From Clostridiales bacterium (GTDB lineage: Bacteria; Bacillota; Clostridia; Christensenellales; UBA1242), in NCBI GenBank assembly GCA_015055745.1, contig SVHS01000003.1:129390-193389 (forward strand): DNA of 64,000 nt, given 5' to 3'. The notes beneath the pieces were generated by a model, which did not search any database, was not told where the DNA came from, and saw only the letters and a list, made by a program, of their open reading frames with translations. Positions within the stretch are counted from its first letter, which is position 1, and every line of letters starts with the position of its first letter. Of this stretch, positions 55,718-64,000 are shown piece by piece. Made by a program: the position numbers and the translations under genes.

Positions 55718-57034
55718 TTATTCTTCTGATTTGTTTTTAAACTGCACTTTTATAGGTGTACCACTAAAATCAAAAGCCCTACGCAAACTGTTTTCTAGAT
55801 ATCTGATATAAGAATTCTCTATCAAGGCAGAGTTATTACAATAAATATTGAATGTAGGAGGACAAGTAGCTACTTGCTTACCATAAATAATCTTTAGCTT
55901 TTTACCATTTTTTGCCGGTGGCTCTGTGACACTGATAGCATTTAATAATACATTGTTGAATAACGCCATCGGTATTTCTCTCTTCGCATTTGAAAGCACA
56001 TAATCCACTTTTTCCATAATCTGACCTATACGCTGACCTGTCACACAAGAAACATACACTGTCACATAATATTTCATAAAAGCTAAGTCTATCTCAAATT
56101 GCTTTTCAAAAGCTTTCCTACTCTGCTCGTTTTTCTCTATCAAGTCCCATTTGTTTACTACTATGACACTAGGTTTGCCCTGCTCATGGATAAGACCTGC
56201 TATCCTCACATCTTGCTCTGTGATACCTTCACTAGCATCGATCACCAATACTGCCACATCACATCGCTCCAAGGCACTCATAGTACGTATAACACTGTAT
56301 CTCTCTATACTGTCTGGCTCGATCTTTGACTTTCTCCTCAGTCCCGCAGTATCTATCAATACAAAATCTCTATTGTTCCACCTAAAAGGACTATCTATAG
56401 CATCTCTAGTAGTGCCTGCTACTGAGCTGACTACCACACGGTCTTCACCGAGCAAACGATTGGTAATACTAGACTTGCCGGCATTTGGCTTGCCCAATAA
56501 TGCTATCTTTACAGTACTTTCATCGTCAGATGTATCTATCTTCTTGAGATTTTTCACCACTTCGTCTAGCAAATCACCTATACCTTTACTCTGCTCGGCA
56601 CTGATAGCTATAGGCTCACCTAAGCCAAGCTCGTAAAACTCATAAGTCTTTTCCCTCTCATAGTTATCCAATTTGTTGACCGCTACTATCTTAGGAGCCT
56701 TGGCTCTACGGAGATGAGTAGCCACCTCGATATCATGATGAGTGAGACCCTCTCTGCCGTCCACAAATAAAATAATGACATCAGCTAGGTCTATCGCAAG
56801 ATTGGCTTGCTCTATGATACGCTTGTTTATCTCATCATCTTTATTGAAATCTAAGCCACCTGTATCGACAATCTGAAACTGATACCCACACCACTCAGCA
56901 TTGGCAAAAATCCTATCTCTAGTGACACCAGGGATATCCTCTACTATACTTATCTTGCTACCTGCTACTTTATTGAAGAAGGTAGATTTACCTACATTTG
57001 GCTTGCCTACTATGGCTACTAATGGTTTTTTCAT
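55718..57034 (-). CDS. der: Ribosome-associated GTPase Der (EngA)
   Basis: Tandem GTPase domains (GKPNVGKST...DTGG...NKLD and GKPNAGKSS...DTAG...NKWD) and a KH-like C terminus. Confidence 0.95.
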   Translation of the reverse strand: MKKPLVAIVGKPNVGKSTFFNKVAGSKISIVEDIPGVTRDRIFANAEWCGYQFQIVDTGGLDFNKDDEINKRIIEQANLAIDLADVIILFVDGREGLTHHDIEVATHLRRAKAPKIVAVNKLDNYEREKTYEFYELGLGEPIAISAEQSKGIGDLLDEVVKNLKKIDTSDDESTVKIALLGKPNAGKSSITNRLLGEDRVVVSSVAGTTRDAIDSPFRWNNRDFVLIDTAGLRRKSKIEPDSIERYSVIRTMSALERCDVAVLVIDASEGITEQDVRIAGLIHEQGKPSVIVVNKWDLIEKNEQSRKAFEKQFEIDLAFMKYYVTVYVSCVTGQRIGQIMEKVDYVLSNAKREIPMALFNNVLLNAISVTEPPAKNGKKLKIIYGKQVATCPPTFNIYCNNSALIENSYIRYLENSLRRAFDFSGTPIKVQFKNKSEE

Positions 57035-57043
57035 AATAATATG

Positions 57044-57072
57044 AGTATAACAAAATTTTTTCTATTTTTCAA
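57044..57072 (-). promoter_or_regulatory. Sigma-A promoter of der (TTGAAA-17-TATACT) with the ATG 9 nt downstream and no SD
   Basis: The minus strand reads TTGAAA (57072-57067), a 17-nt spacer, TATACT (57049-57044), then catattatt and ATG (57034). Confidence 0.65.
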
Positions 57073-57096
57073 TGGTTTTTAGATAATTTTATTATT

Positions 57097-59127
57097 TTAC
57101 TTACATCTACTACAACCAAGACACTTATGCCTCCTGATTTTTTTGATAGTATACATGATAGAAACTAGTATCAAAGCCATCACGATCGCTATCATCAGCA
57201 TAATCACAAAGCCTTGTGTCATGCCAAGGTATACGATAAAACTGAGCAAATACGCAAGGGTAAACTGACTGATCAGACTAAACCACATATAAAATTTGCC
57301 ACATTCGTTCTTGATGACTGCAAGCGTCGAGCTACAAGGGGCATAAAGCAGTGAAAATATTAGGAAAGATAGCGCTCCTGCAGTAGAAAAATGTATCACA
57401 CTAGTAGCAGAGACAAGACTTGCAATAAGTGTAGCGTTGTTTACTGCACTATTTGTAATAGTCATGGTAGATAATATCAATTCTTTCGCCATAATACCTA
57501 CAAGAAGAGCTGATACCACTCCTGCATTATTTAGACCTATAGGAGCAAAAATAATTGAAATTTTACCTGCTACAGCAAATAATATACTATCAGCTATGAC
57601 ATCTGTGTATTGCAGATCAAACATGGTGTGCGATAATATCCAAACAATAATCCCTACTGAGACTATAATACCAAAGATACGTTTGATCATATCTACTGCA
57701 TTGGTCTTAGCCACACCGAGTACATGACGCACATCTATCGAGCGAAGAGGTGCAAACTCTAGCAGCAATTCACTGTTTTGTGTAGGTAAAATAGTCTTGT
57801 TAAGCAGCCAAGCGAGCGATAGCGACACCACCACACCTAAAATATAAAGTCCAGCTATGACAAAATACGCCTTACTCCCAAAGAATGCTGACGCCACCAC
57901 GACAAATACAGGCAGTCTCGCCATACAACTGATATACGGTGACAATATAGCAGTCTTAATCTTGAGATTTTTGCCATTCATATTCCTAGTGGCGACAGCG
58001 GACATAGTATTGCAACCTAATCCTAGTAGCATGATATATATTGCCTTTCCATTTAGCCCCAATCGAGATAAAAAATCATCAAACACAAACGCCATTCTAC
58101 TGATAATACCACTATCCTCTAGTATAGTCAAAAAAACAAACAAAAGTATCACTTGAGGTAAGAAACTAAATATGGTAGAGATAGAGCTAAAAACTCCACT
58201 TTTGAAAAACTCTATCAGCCAAATATTATCTACAGTGAGATACAAAAAATTCATAAATGGCGACACTATCATAAAGTCAAACAAAGCATTTAACCAATCA
58301 CTTAGTATTGGTCCTATTAAGAAGAATATGAAATAAATGCTGACAAAAAATATGAGTAAAAATCCTATAATCATGACAAAAGGATTGAGTAAAAATCTAT
58401 CCGCTTTTGACTCACCATATACATAGTCTCGCCTTACCTCTAAAGAGTCTAACAAAAGCTCATCTATATACTCATATCTCGCCCTGATAATCTCAGGATA
58501 AAATGAACGTATAAAATTTATTTGTTCTTGTTTTAAATCAGTAAAAATACCATTTAATGCTAGTATTATTTTTTTATCCTCGATATTATATTTATTTTTA
58601 ATAATCATTAAAAAATAATTTAAATATGGCAATTTTACACTATTTTTTGTGTCGTTTTTTAGATTTTTTATATAATTTTTATTATTTTTAATTTTTTTCG
58701 CATTTATTATTTCTGCATTTATTCCAAAATTATTATTTAATTTTTCTAAATTGATTTTATTTTTTTGATGTGAAAAATAATCATAATTATTTATCAATAT
58801 TTTATGCTCAAGACCAAGCTCCCACATCTCAAGAGATAAGTATAGATTTCTTCTGATACTATTGGCATCAACTAGCAAAATCCTTGTCGCATCAGTCTTT
58901 AAGATAATATCTCTAGACACTTCCTCTTCATACGAAAAAGACAAAAACGAATACATACCTGGCAAATCTACTATGTCATATCTTTCATCATCTAGAGTCA
59001 CGATTTTATGTTTTTCTTCTACTGTCACTCCATGAAAATTTCCAGTATGTTCGTTTGACTTTGTAAGAGTATTAAATAGAGTCGACTTACCTACATTTGG
59101 ATTGCCAATGATAAGGATTTTATGCAT
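57097..59127 (-). CDS. feoB: Ferrous iron transporter FeoB
   Basis: N-terminal G domain GNPNVGKSTLFN, a polytopic Gate-domain membrane region and a C-terminal CLGCSRC. It overlaps feoA by 8 nt. Confidence 0.92.
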   Translation of the reverse strand: MHKILIIGNPNVGKSTLFNTLTKSNEHTGNFHGVTVEEKHKIVTLDDERYDIVDLPGMYSFLSFSYEEEVSRDIILKTDATRILLVDANSIRRNLYLSLEMWELGLEHKILINNYDYFSHQKNKINLEKLNNNFGINAEIINAKKIKNNKNYIKNLKNDTKNSVKLPYLNYFLMIIKNKYNIEDKKIILALNGIFTDLKQEQINFIRSFYPEIIRARYEYIDELLLDSLEVRRDYVYGESKADRFLLNPFVMIIGFLLIFFVSIYFIFFLIGPILSDWLNALFDFMIVSPFMNFLYLTVDNIWLIEFFKSGVFSSISTIFSFLPQVILLFVFLTILEDSGIISRMAFVFDDFLSRLGLNGKAIYIMLLGLGCNTMSAVATRNMNGKNLKIKTAILSPYISCMARLPVFVVVASAFFGSKAYFVIAGLYILGVVVSLSLAWLLNKTILPTQNSELLLEFAPLRSIDVRHVLGVAKTNAVDMIKRIFGIIVSVGIIVWILSHTMFDLQYTDVIADSILFAVAGKISIIFAPIGLNNAGVVSALLVGIMAKELILSTMTITNSAVNNATLIASLVSATSVIHFSTAGALSFLIFSLLYAPCSSTLAVIKNECGKFYMWFSLISQFTLAYLLSFIVYLGMTQGFVIMLMIAIVMALILVSIMYTIKKIRRHKCLGCSRCK

Positions 59128-59347
59128 AATTTACCACTATCTTTTTTGCGATATTTTCTTTAAGAGTAAAGCATGAAGAATGAAAAATAATCAGTATTGT
59201 TTTTTTGAAAATACTTTTTGTTTTTACTCTTACCCTTGTCCCAGCGATGAGCCCAAGCTCCATGAGTCTAATCTTGGTCTTCTCATCTTCTATATTGATT
59301 TCTTTTATGATACAGTCTGTATTGAGTTTTGTTTCCATCAATGTCAT
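59120..59347 (-). CDS. feoA: Ferrous iron transport protein FeoA
   Basis: 75 aa with LMELGLIAGTRVRV, an SH3-like FeoA motif. The start is uncertain (ATG 59347, TTG 59341 or ATG 59338), because a TTGACG-16-TATTGT promoter ends directly at 59348. Confidence 0.75.
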   Translation of the reverse strand: MTLMETKLNTDCIIKEINIEDEKTKIRLMELGLIAGTRVRVKTKSIFKKTILIIFHSSCFTLKENIAKKIVVNYA

Positions 59348-59358
59348 ACAATAAGATA

Positions 59359-59392
59359 TTAAAAAAAGTCGTCAATAATAACTAGACGACTT
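59359..59392 (-). terminator. Intrinsic terminator after the lipid kinase gene
   Basis: 8-bp stem AAGTCGTC/GACGACTT (59366-59392) overlaps the stop codon and is followed on the minus strand by T7. Confidence 0.75.
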
Positions 59393-60281
59393 ATTTTTTT
59401 ATCATTGTAAGCTTTGCCTTGACAGCAATCTGCTTTTTTAAAAATTTTATCTTCTCACCATCTTGAGTAAAAGGTGCATTTGCATGATTTTCTATCTCTA
59501 CTCTTTTGACATCTTTTACGATGACACACTTACTCTTCAATAGAGACTTTATACCAAACATAAACAATTTCACAAATGCAAAGAATGACGCAAAAGCATT
59601 GGTCTTTTTGATAAGCACTAATCTAACTTTACCATTATTGACATCATCTTCTTTATTTAGATGAAAGCCTCCTGCATATTGACTATTGAGTATCATAAAA
59701 TACACAAACTTGCCATGCACACGCTCTCCGTCATACACCACAGTGATAGGTAGTGAGTCAAACTTGAACAAACATTTGATAGCCGAGAAGAAATACGCTA
59801 GTCTACCAAATCTTTTTTTAGATTTGTTGGTCGCAGTATAGGTAGATTTTGTAAGATAACCTGTAGCTAATGAATACGCGATATACTCATTGCCGTCATA
59901 CATGATATCATATTCAGTAGTATTTAGTCTCAAGATAGCGTCGACCGCCTTATCTATATCGTGCGGTAGACCCAAAGTATGCGCCACATCATTGCAAGTA
60001 CCAAATGGCAGCAAACCTATCACTGGATTGGCTCCTGTCTTTAGCACTCCATTGATGACTCTATGTAGAGTCCCATCACCACCACACACTACCAATATAT
60101 CATACTTGCTAGCATAGCGTGTAGCTATAGCCTCTGCCCCATCGATTTCTGGACTGGACATTGCTTCTACTGTAGCGTAGCGCAAAGAAAGACGCTGTTT
60201 TATCCTAGGCATATAGTCTTCGACTCTGCCTCTCATAGCGTTTGGATTGTAGATAATTAAGACTGATGAATAATTTATCAC
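59391..60281 (-). CDS. Diacylglycerol/lipid kinase (DagK/YegS family)
   Basis: 296 aa with the GGDGTLH motif. It overlaps the U32 stop by 4 nt. Confidence 0.85.
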   Translation of the reverse strand: MINYSSVLIIYNPNAMRGRVEDYMPRIKQRLSLRYATVEAMSSPEIDGAEAIATRYASKYDILVVCGGDGTLHRVINGVLKTGANPVIGLLPFGTCNDVAHTLGLPHDIDKAVDAILRLNTTEYDIMYDGNEYIAYSLATGYLTKSTYTATNKSKKRFGRLAYFFSAIKCLFKFDSLPITVVYDGERVHGKFVYFMILNSQYAGGFHLNKEDDVNNGKVRLVLIKKTNAFASFFAFVKLFMFGIKSLLKSKCVIVKDVKRVEIENHANAPFTQDGEKIKFLKKQIAVKAKLTMIKK

Positions 60282-61474
60282 TTCTTTCTTCTCAATAATT
60301 CTAATTTCTTTAACGAAACATCGGTATAGATATAGACTACTTGCTTTGGCACTTTACAGTCTATAAGGTTATTCCCTTCCATATCCTCTATTTTGTCGAT
60401 ATGTATTATAGCATTATTTTTTGTTTTAGACAACAATTCTAACTCTGTATTTACGCTAAATTTATTTCGCATCTCGACTTTTGTCCTACCGTCTATCGTA
60501 TCCTCTAATACCACTGCCACAAAATCATAAGTAGACTCTGGCAAACTCGTGTCAAGGTTTTCTTTCGGCTCACCAAAGTAAAATCCGCATGAATAATCTC
60601 TATGACTAGACTTGTATACTTCATCGCGTATTTCTTTAGGTAAATCATATCTGTCATGGCTAGACAAATAATCAAGAGCCAATCTATACGCATTGACCAC
60701 ATTGGCGACATAATACTCTGTCTTCATTCTGCCTTCTATCTTGACTGAGCTGATACCTACATCTCTTAGTTTGTCCAAATGGTCAATCATACACATATCT
60801 TTACTATTGAGTATATAGCTACCATGAGTATCTTCTTCGATAGGATATTCTTGATCTTTGCTGATCTCTCGTATGACATAATTCCATCTACAAGCCTGTA
60901 CACAAGCTCCACGATTGGCATCTCTACCTGTAAAGAAATTGCTAAGCAGACATCTACCGCTATAGCTAATACACATAGCACCATGACAAAAAGCCTCTAG
61001 CTCTATATCTTCTGGCACTTTTACTCTTAGCTCTCTGATCTCGTCTAGAGTCATCTCTCTAGCAAGTATGAGACGCTTGACTCCTAGACCTACGTACACC
61101 ATAGCAGACTCACTATTTGTGATATTTGCCTGAGTGCTGACATGTATAGCAAGCTTTGGCGCCACTCTACGCGCTATACTGATGACTCCTAAGTCTGCAC
61201 AAATGATGGCGTCCACATCTATGCTATCCAAATACTCTATATATCTAGGCAACTCTGCCAAATCACTCTCATGAGGTATGATATTGACAGTGACATACAC
61301 TTTCACTCCATGCTCATGAGCATATCTTACAGCATCGGCTAGCTCTTCTTCACTAAAATTGCCAGCAAAAGTACGCAGACCAAATCTAGTAGATGCTAGA
61401 TACACTGCGTCTGCGCCATATTCTATCGCCATTATTAATTTTTGTTTGTCTCCTGCGGGTGCTAATAATTCCAT
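60278..61474 (-). CDS. Peptidase U32 family protein (TrhP/YrrO-like, prephenate-dependent tRNA ho5U synthesis family)
   Basis: The N terminus MELLAPAGD...AIEYGADAVYLA is typical of the U32 family. The start is set at the ATG at 61474. It is adjacent to a YrrM/TrmR-like O-methyltransferase, as in the B. subtilis yrrMNO locus. Confidence 0.8.
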   Translation of the reverse strand: MELLAPAGDKQKLIMAIEYGADAVYLASTRFGLRTFAGNFSEEELADAVRYAHEHGVKVYVTVNIIPHESDLAELPRYIEYLDSIDVDAIICADLGVISIARRVAPKLAIHVSTQANITNSESAMVYVGLGVKRLILAREMTLDEIRELRVKVPEDIELEAFCHGAMCISYSGRCLLSNFFTGRDANRGACVQACRWNYVIREISKDQEYPIEEDTHGSYILNSKDMCMIDHLDKLRDVGISSVKIEGRMKTEYYVANVVNAYRLALDYLSSHDRYDLPKEIRDEVYKSSHRDYSCGFYFGEPKENLDTSLPESTYDFVAVVLEDTIDGRTKVEMRNKFSVNTELELLSKTKNNAIIHIDKIEDMEGNNLIDCKVPKQVVYIYTDVSLKKLELLRRKK

Positions 61475-61480
61475 AATTTT

Positions 61481-61509
61481 ATTATAATACAAATTTTAAT
61501 ATTTTTCAA
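61481..61509 (-). promoter_or_regulatory. Sigma-A promoter (TTGAAA-17-TATAAT) with the U32 ATG 6 nt downstream
   Basis: The minus strand reads TTGAAA (61509-61504), a 17-nt spacer, TATAAT (61486-61481), then aaaatt and ATG (61474). There is no SD. Confidence 0.65.
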
Positions 61510-61519
61510 GTATTCTTGA

Positions 61520-62104
61520 TCACTTTAACTTTGTGACACCTACTCCATCGCCGATATTAGTATATATAGTAGTCTGAAGCCTATCATCAGAAGTGATAGC
61601 TTCTATATATCGTTTGAGTCCTTTTATCATTGCTCTACAGCCACGAGGTGTCGGTATCTCCCCTGTGACCATGCCATGAAAGTTTAGATTATCTGCGACG
61701 ATAATGCCACCTTTATTCAAAAGATTGAGTATCAGCGGAAGATATGTGATATATTGACCTTTTGGTCCATCTAGGTATACAAGGTCGTATTTTTTATCAC
61801 AATTTTCTAAAAAATGCAAAGCGTCATCATGATAAACGGTAATCTTTTCATCAAGATTACATTTTTTGATATTTTGTATAGCAATCCCATATCGCTCATC
61901 ATCTTTCTCGACTGTATCTATGTGCTGACAGTTGGTGTTTTGCGCCATAGTGATACAGCCATAGCCAATCGCCGTACCAATCTCAAGTATATGTGAGCTG
62001 GCATTTTTTTTGATAATATTGAGCAAAAAACACAATGTGTCATCTAAAGTGATAGGCACATTGTGATCATTACCATATTGTTTGATTTCTTTATCAATTT
62101 TCAT
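61520..62104 (-). CDS. Class I SAM-dependent O-methyltransferase (YrrM/TrmR-like)
   Basis: 194 aa with ILEIGTAIGYG (SAM motif I) and DLVYLDGPKGQY, in the caffeoyl-CoA OMT-like family. Confidence 0.75.
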   Translation of the reverse strand: MKIDKEIKQYGNDHNVPITLDDTLCFLLNIIKKNASSHILEIGTAIGYGCITMAQNTNCQHIDTVEKDDERYGIAIQNIKKCNLDEKITVYHDDALHFLENCDKKYDLVYLDGPKGQYITYLPLILNLLNKGGIIVADNLNFHGMVTGEIPTPRGCRAMIKGLKRYIEAITSDDRLQTTIYTNIGDGVGVTKLK

Positions 62105-62106
62105 AT

Positions 62107-63942
62107 TTAATCATTACTTTCGATGATAATAGGTATAATCATCGGACGACGTTTTAGCTTTTTGTTTAGGTAATTTGTGAGTGCTTTCCTCAATGCTACT
62201 TTTACATTGAGATAATCTCTGCTCCTCACAGCATCTGCATCTATACTATTTTCTATAGCACTCTTAGCGTCATCTAGCCATGTCTGAGCCTCTCCCATAT
62301 AAGTAAATCCTCGAGAGACAATCTCTGGACGAGCGTTTAGCTCACCTCGTTTTGCATTGACATTCAATATCACCACACAAATACCATCTTCACTGAGCTG
62401 TTTGCGCTCTTTCAATACATTACTTTCCATCTCACCGATACCTGCACCGTCGATAAGCCTACTACCAAATGGTACTGTACCCGTGGCTTTTAGGAAATTT
62501 TTATTTACTTCTACCTTCATACCGAGCATAGGTAATAAGATATTGTGTCTATCCATACCCACACTAATCGCTGTATCACGCTGTGCTAATAAATGTTTTT
62601 GTTCTCCATGTACTGGGATAAAGTATTTTGGTCGCACTAGATTTAACATCAATTTTACTTCTTCTTTACAAGCATGACCTGACGCATGTACTTGCTCTAG
62701 CTGACTATATATCACCTTAGCACCCTGCATGATCAATTTATTGATGATATTATTTACAGATTTTTCATTGCCAGGGATAGGGCTACTAGAGAAAATGATA
62801 GTATCATTTTCACCTATCTCAATACCCTTAAATTCTCCTGCCGCCATACGTGACAATGCACTGTTTGGCTCACCTTGGCTACCTGTAGAAAGTATCAATA
62901 GCTCACTATCTTTATAGTTTTTCATCTTCTCTACTTCGATGATATTTTGCTTATTTATCTGCATCTCACCTATCTGTGTAGCCACGTCTGTGACATTGAC
63001 CATACTCCTACCAGTGAGGACTACTTTACGATTGTACTTTTCAGCTAAGTGGATCACTTCTTGCATTCTATCTACATTTGACGCAAAAGCCGCCACCACC
63101 ATTCTACGCTCTTTGTTTTCTAAGAAAAGCTTCTCTAGAGTCACACTGACCACTCTCTCAGACAATGAATATCCTTCACGCTCAGCATTGGTACTATCTG
63201 ACATAAATAGCAATACGCCCTTTTTACCTAGCTCTGCAAAACTATGGAAATCAAACTTCTCATCATACACTGGAGTCAAATCTATCTTGTAGTCACCTGT
63301 ATGGACGATCATGCCCACTGGAGTCTTGATAGCTAATGCAAAAGCTCCTGGGATAGCGTGATTGACATGGATAAACTCTATCTCAAAGCAACCCAAAGTA
63401 ATCTTTTGCTTTGGCTTGACAGCGATAGCCTTGTATTCTACACGCTTGTGCTCTTCCATCTTCTTTTTAATAAGCCCACAAGTCATCTTACTAGCATATA
63501 TAGGTGCTTTGATCTCATTCACCACATAAGGCACACTACCGATATGATCTTCGTGACCGTGAGTGATGAGGAATCCTCGTATTTTGTCTTTGTTTTCTAC
63601 TAGATAAGTGATGTCTGGCACCACCAAATCAATACCAAGCATATCCGTAGAAGGAAACATGACACCACAGTCTATCACGATGATATCTTTACCATACTCC
63701 AAGACTGTCATATTCTTACCTATCTCACCGATACCGCCAAGGAAAGAAATCTTTAGGTTGCTTGCCTTTTTGGTCTTTTCCTTTGGCTCTATCTCTATAG
63801 TCTCCACCTCTTTGACTGGTGCTTTTTGAGGAGCCTTTTTTGCTGGCCTTGGCCTTGCTTGTGGCTTTACATTATTGTTTAAATCTTTATTGTCTTTGAT
63901 AGTGTTATCAAATTCTTCACTTGTCATTAATTTATCTAACAT
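62107..63942 (-). CDS. rnj: Ribonuclease J with a Lys/Pro-rich N-terminal extension
   Basis: Metallo-beta-lactamase motif ITHGHEDHIG, a beta-CASP region and an RNase J C-terminal domain. About 62 extra N-terminal residues are present. RBS AAAGGAGAA. Confidence 0.92.
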   Translation of the reverse strand: MLDKLMTSEEFDNTIKDNKDLNNNVKPQARPRPAKKAPQKAPVKEVETIEIEPKEKTKKASNLKISFLGGIGEIGKNMTVLEYGKDIIVIDCGVMFPSTDMLGIDLVVPDITYLVENKDKIRGFLITHGHEDHIGSVPYVVNEIKAPIYASKMTCGLIKKKMEEHKRVEYKAIAVKPKQKITLGCFEIEFIHVNHAIPGAFALAIKTPVGMIVHTGDYKIDLTPVYDEKFDFHSFAELGKKGVLLFMSDSTNAEREGYSLSERVVSVTLEKLFLENKERRMVVAAFASNVDRMQEVIHLAEKYNRKVVLTGRSMVNVTDVATQIGEMQINKQNIIEVEKMKNYKDSELLILSTGSQGEPNSALSRMAAGEFKGIEIGENDTIIFSSSPIPGNEKSVNNIINKLIMQGAKVIYSQLEQVHASGHACKEEVKLMLNLVRPKYFIPVHGEQKHLLAQRDTAISVGMDRHNILLPMLGMKVEVNKNFLKATGTVPFGSRLIDGAGIGEMESNVLKERKQLSEDGICVVILNVNAKRGELNARPEIVSRGFTYMGEAQTWLDDAKSAIENSIDADAVRSRDYLNVKVALRKALTNYLNKKLKRRPMIIPIIIESND

Positions 63943-64000
63943 ATATTCTCCTTTCTTTTTTATTTGATTAGTAAATGATATCTCAATACAAAAAAGCGAA

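Noticed and set aside
59348-59390. A Fur box upstream of feoAB.
   Set aside because: No convincing match to the GATAATGATAATCATTATC-type palindrome exists in the 43-nt gap, which is occupied by the terminator hairpin and a TTGACG-16-TATTGT promoter.
1133-63829. There are dozens of 60-140-aa ORFs in the supplied track lying antisense to or out of frame with the large genes. Examples are 1133-1474, 3598-3852, 4300-4713, 5110-5532, 6637-7005, 17286-17957, 19861-20175, 44379-44771, 56151-56636 and 62939-63292.
   Set aside because: All lie entirely inside well-supported conserved genes on the opposite strand or in another frame. They have low-complexity Ser/Leu/Ile/Phe-rich translations typical of shadow ORFs in AT-rich DNA. 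They lack RBSs and promoters.
1-64000. CRISPR arrays, transposases or IS elements, integrases, restriction-modification, toxin-antitoxin or other recognisable defence systems, and stop-codon reassignment.
   Set aside because: I saw no direct-repeat/spacer arrays and no proteins with the corresponding motifs. All conserved genes are full length under the standard bacterial code, so there is no evidence for UGA or UAG recoding.

Overview
This is a 64-kb chromosomal segment from a low-GC, AT-rich Bacillota (Firmicutes) genome. It looks like a streamlined Clostridia-like lineage: it has pro-sigma-K, YlbJ, HrcA/CIRCE and FakA, and all ORFs are intact under the standard code. I count about 60 protein genes, roughly 53 of them on the minus strand, packed tightly with many 1-26 nt overlaps, plus one tRNA-Val/tRNA-Gly operon. 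Most of the content is core housekeeping: ffh-ylxM-(HIT)-ftsY-smc, ligA-pcrA, rpsU, hit-mtaB-rsmE-rpe-rlmN-fmt-def-priA-rpoZ, rnc-plsX, rpmF, ackA-pta, fakA(yloV)/asp23/rpmB, hrcA-grpE-dnaK-dnaJ, hemW-lepA, sigK plus a second sigma factor, tatD, plsY, der, feoAB, a DAG/lipid kinase, a U32/TrmR-like tRNA-modification pair, and RNase J. I saw no rRNA, CRISPR array, transposase, integrase, phage module or recognisable defence system. The non-core or unusual parts are listed below.

1. An ABC-F gene is preceded by an erm-like four-segment leader whose 12-codon leader ORF starts at the predicted +1 of its promoter.
2. Several near-consensus promoters place an ATG 6-9 nt after the -10 box (lepA, second sigma, der, U32). 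This suggests leaderless mRNAs are common in this genome.
3. GrpE carries a roughly 60-aa metallothionein-like CxC-rich N-terminal extension.
4. A stand-alone RpoA-alpha-CTD-like protein with a perfect promoter, plus an orphan gene, sit inside the conserved hemW-hrcA junction.
5. There are two very large surface proteins. One is a 1188-aa lipoprotein with collagen-like triplets, a beta-helix and tandem C-terminal modules. The other is a 1740-aa GLUG plus Listeria-Bacteroides-repeat protein followed by two membrane proteins.
6. An unannotated 57-aa Lys/Ser/Asn/Cys-rich ORF lies next to a 465-bp non-coding region.
7. Smaller items are a REP-like 88-nt palindrome, two CIRCE operators, and flanking helices around tRNA-Val.

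All domain calls rest on motif recognition by eye. No database search or RNA folding was run.
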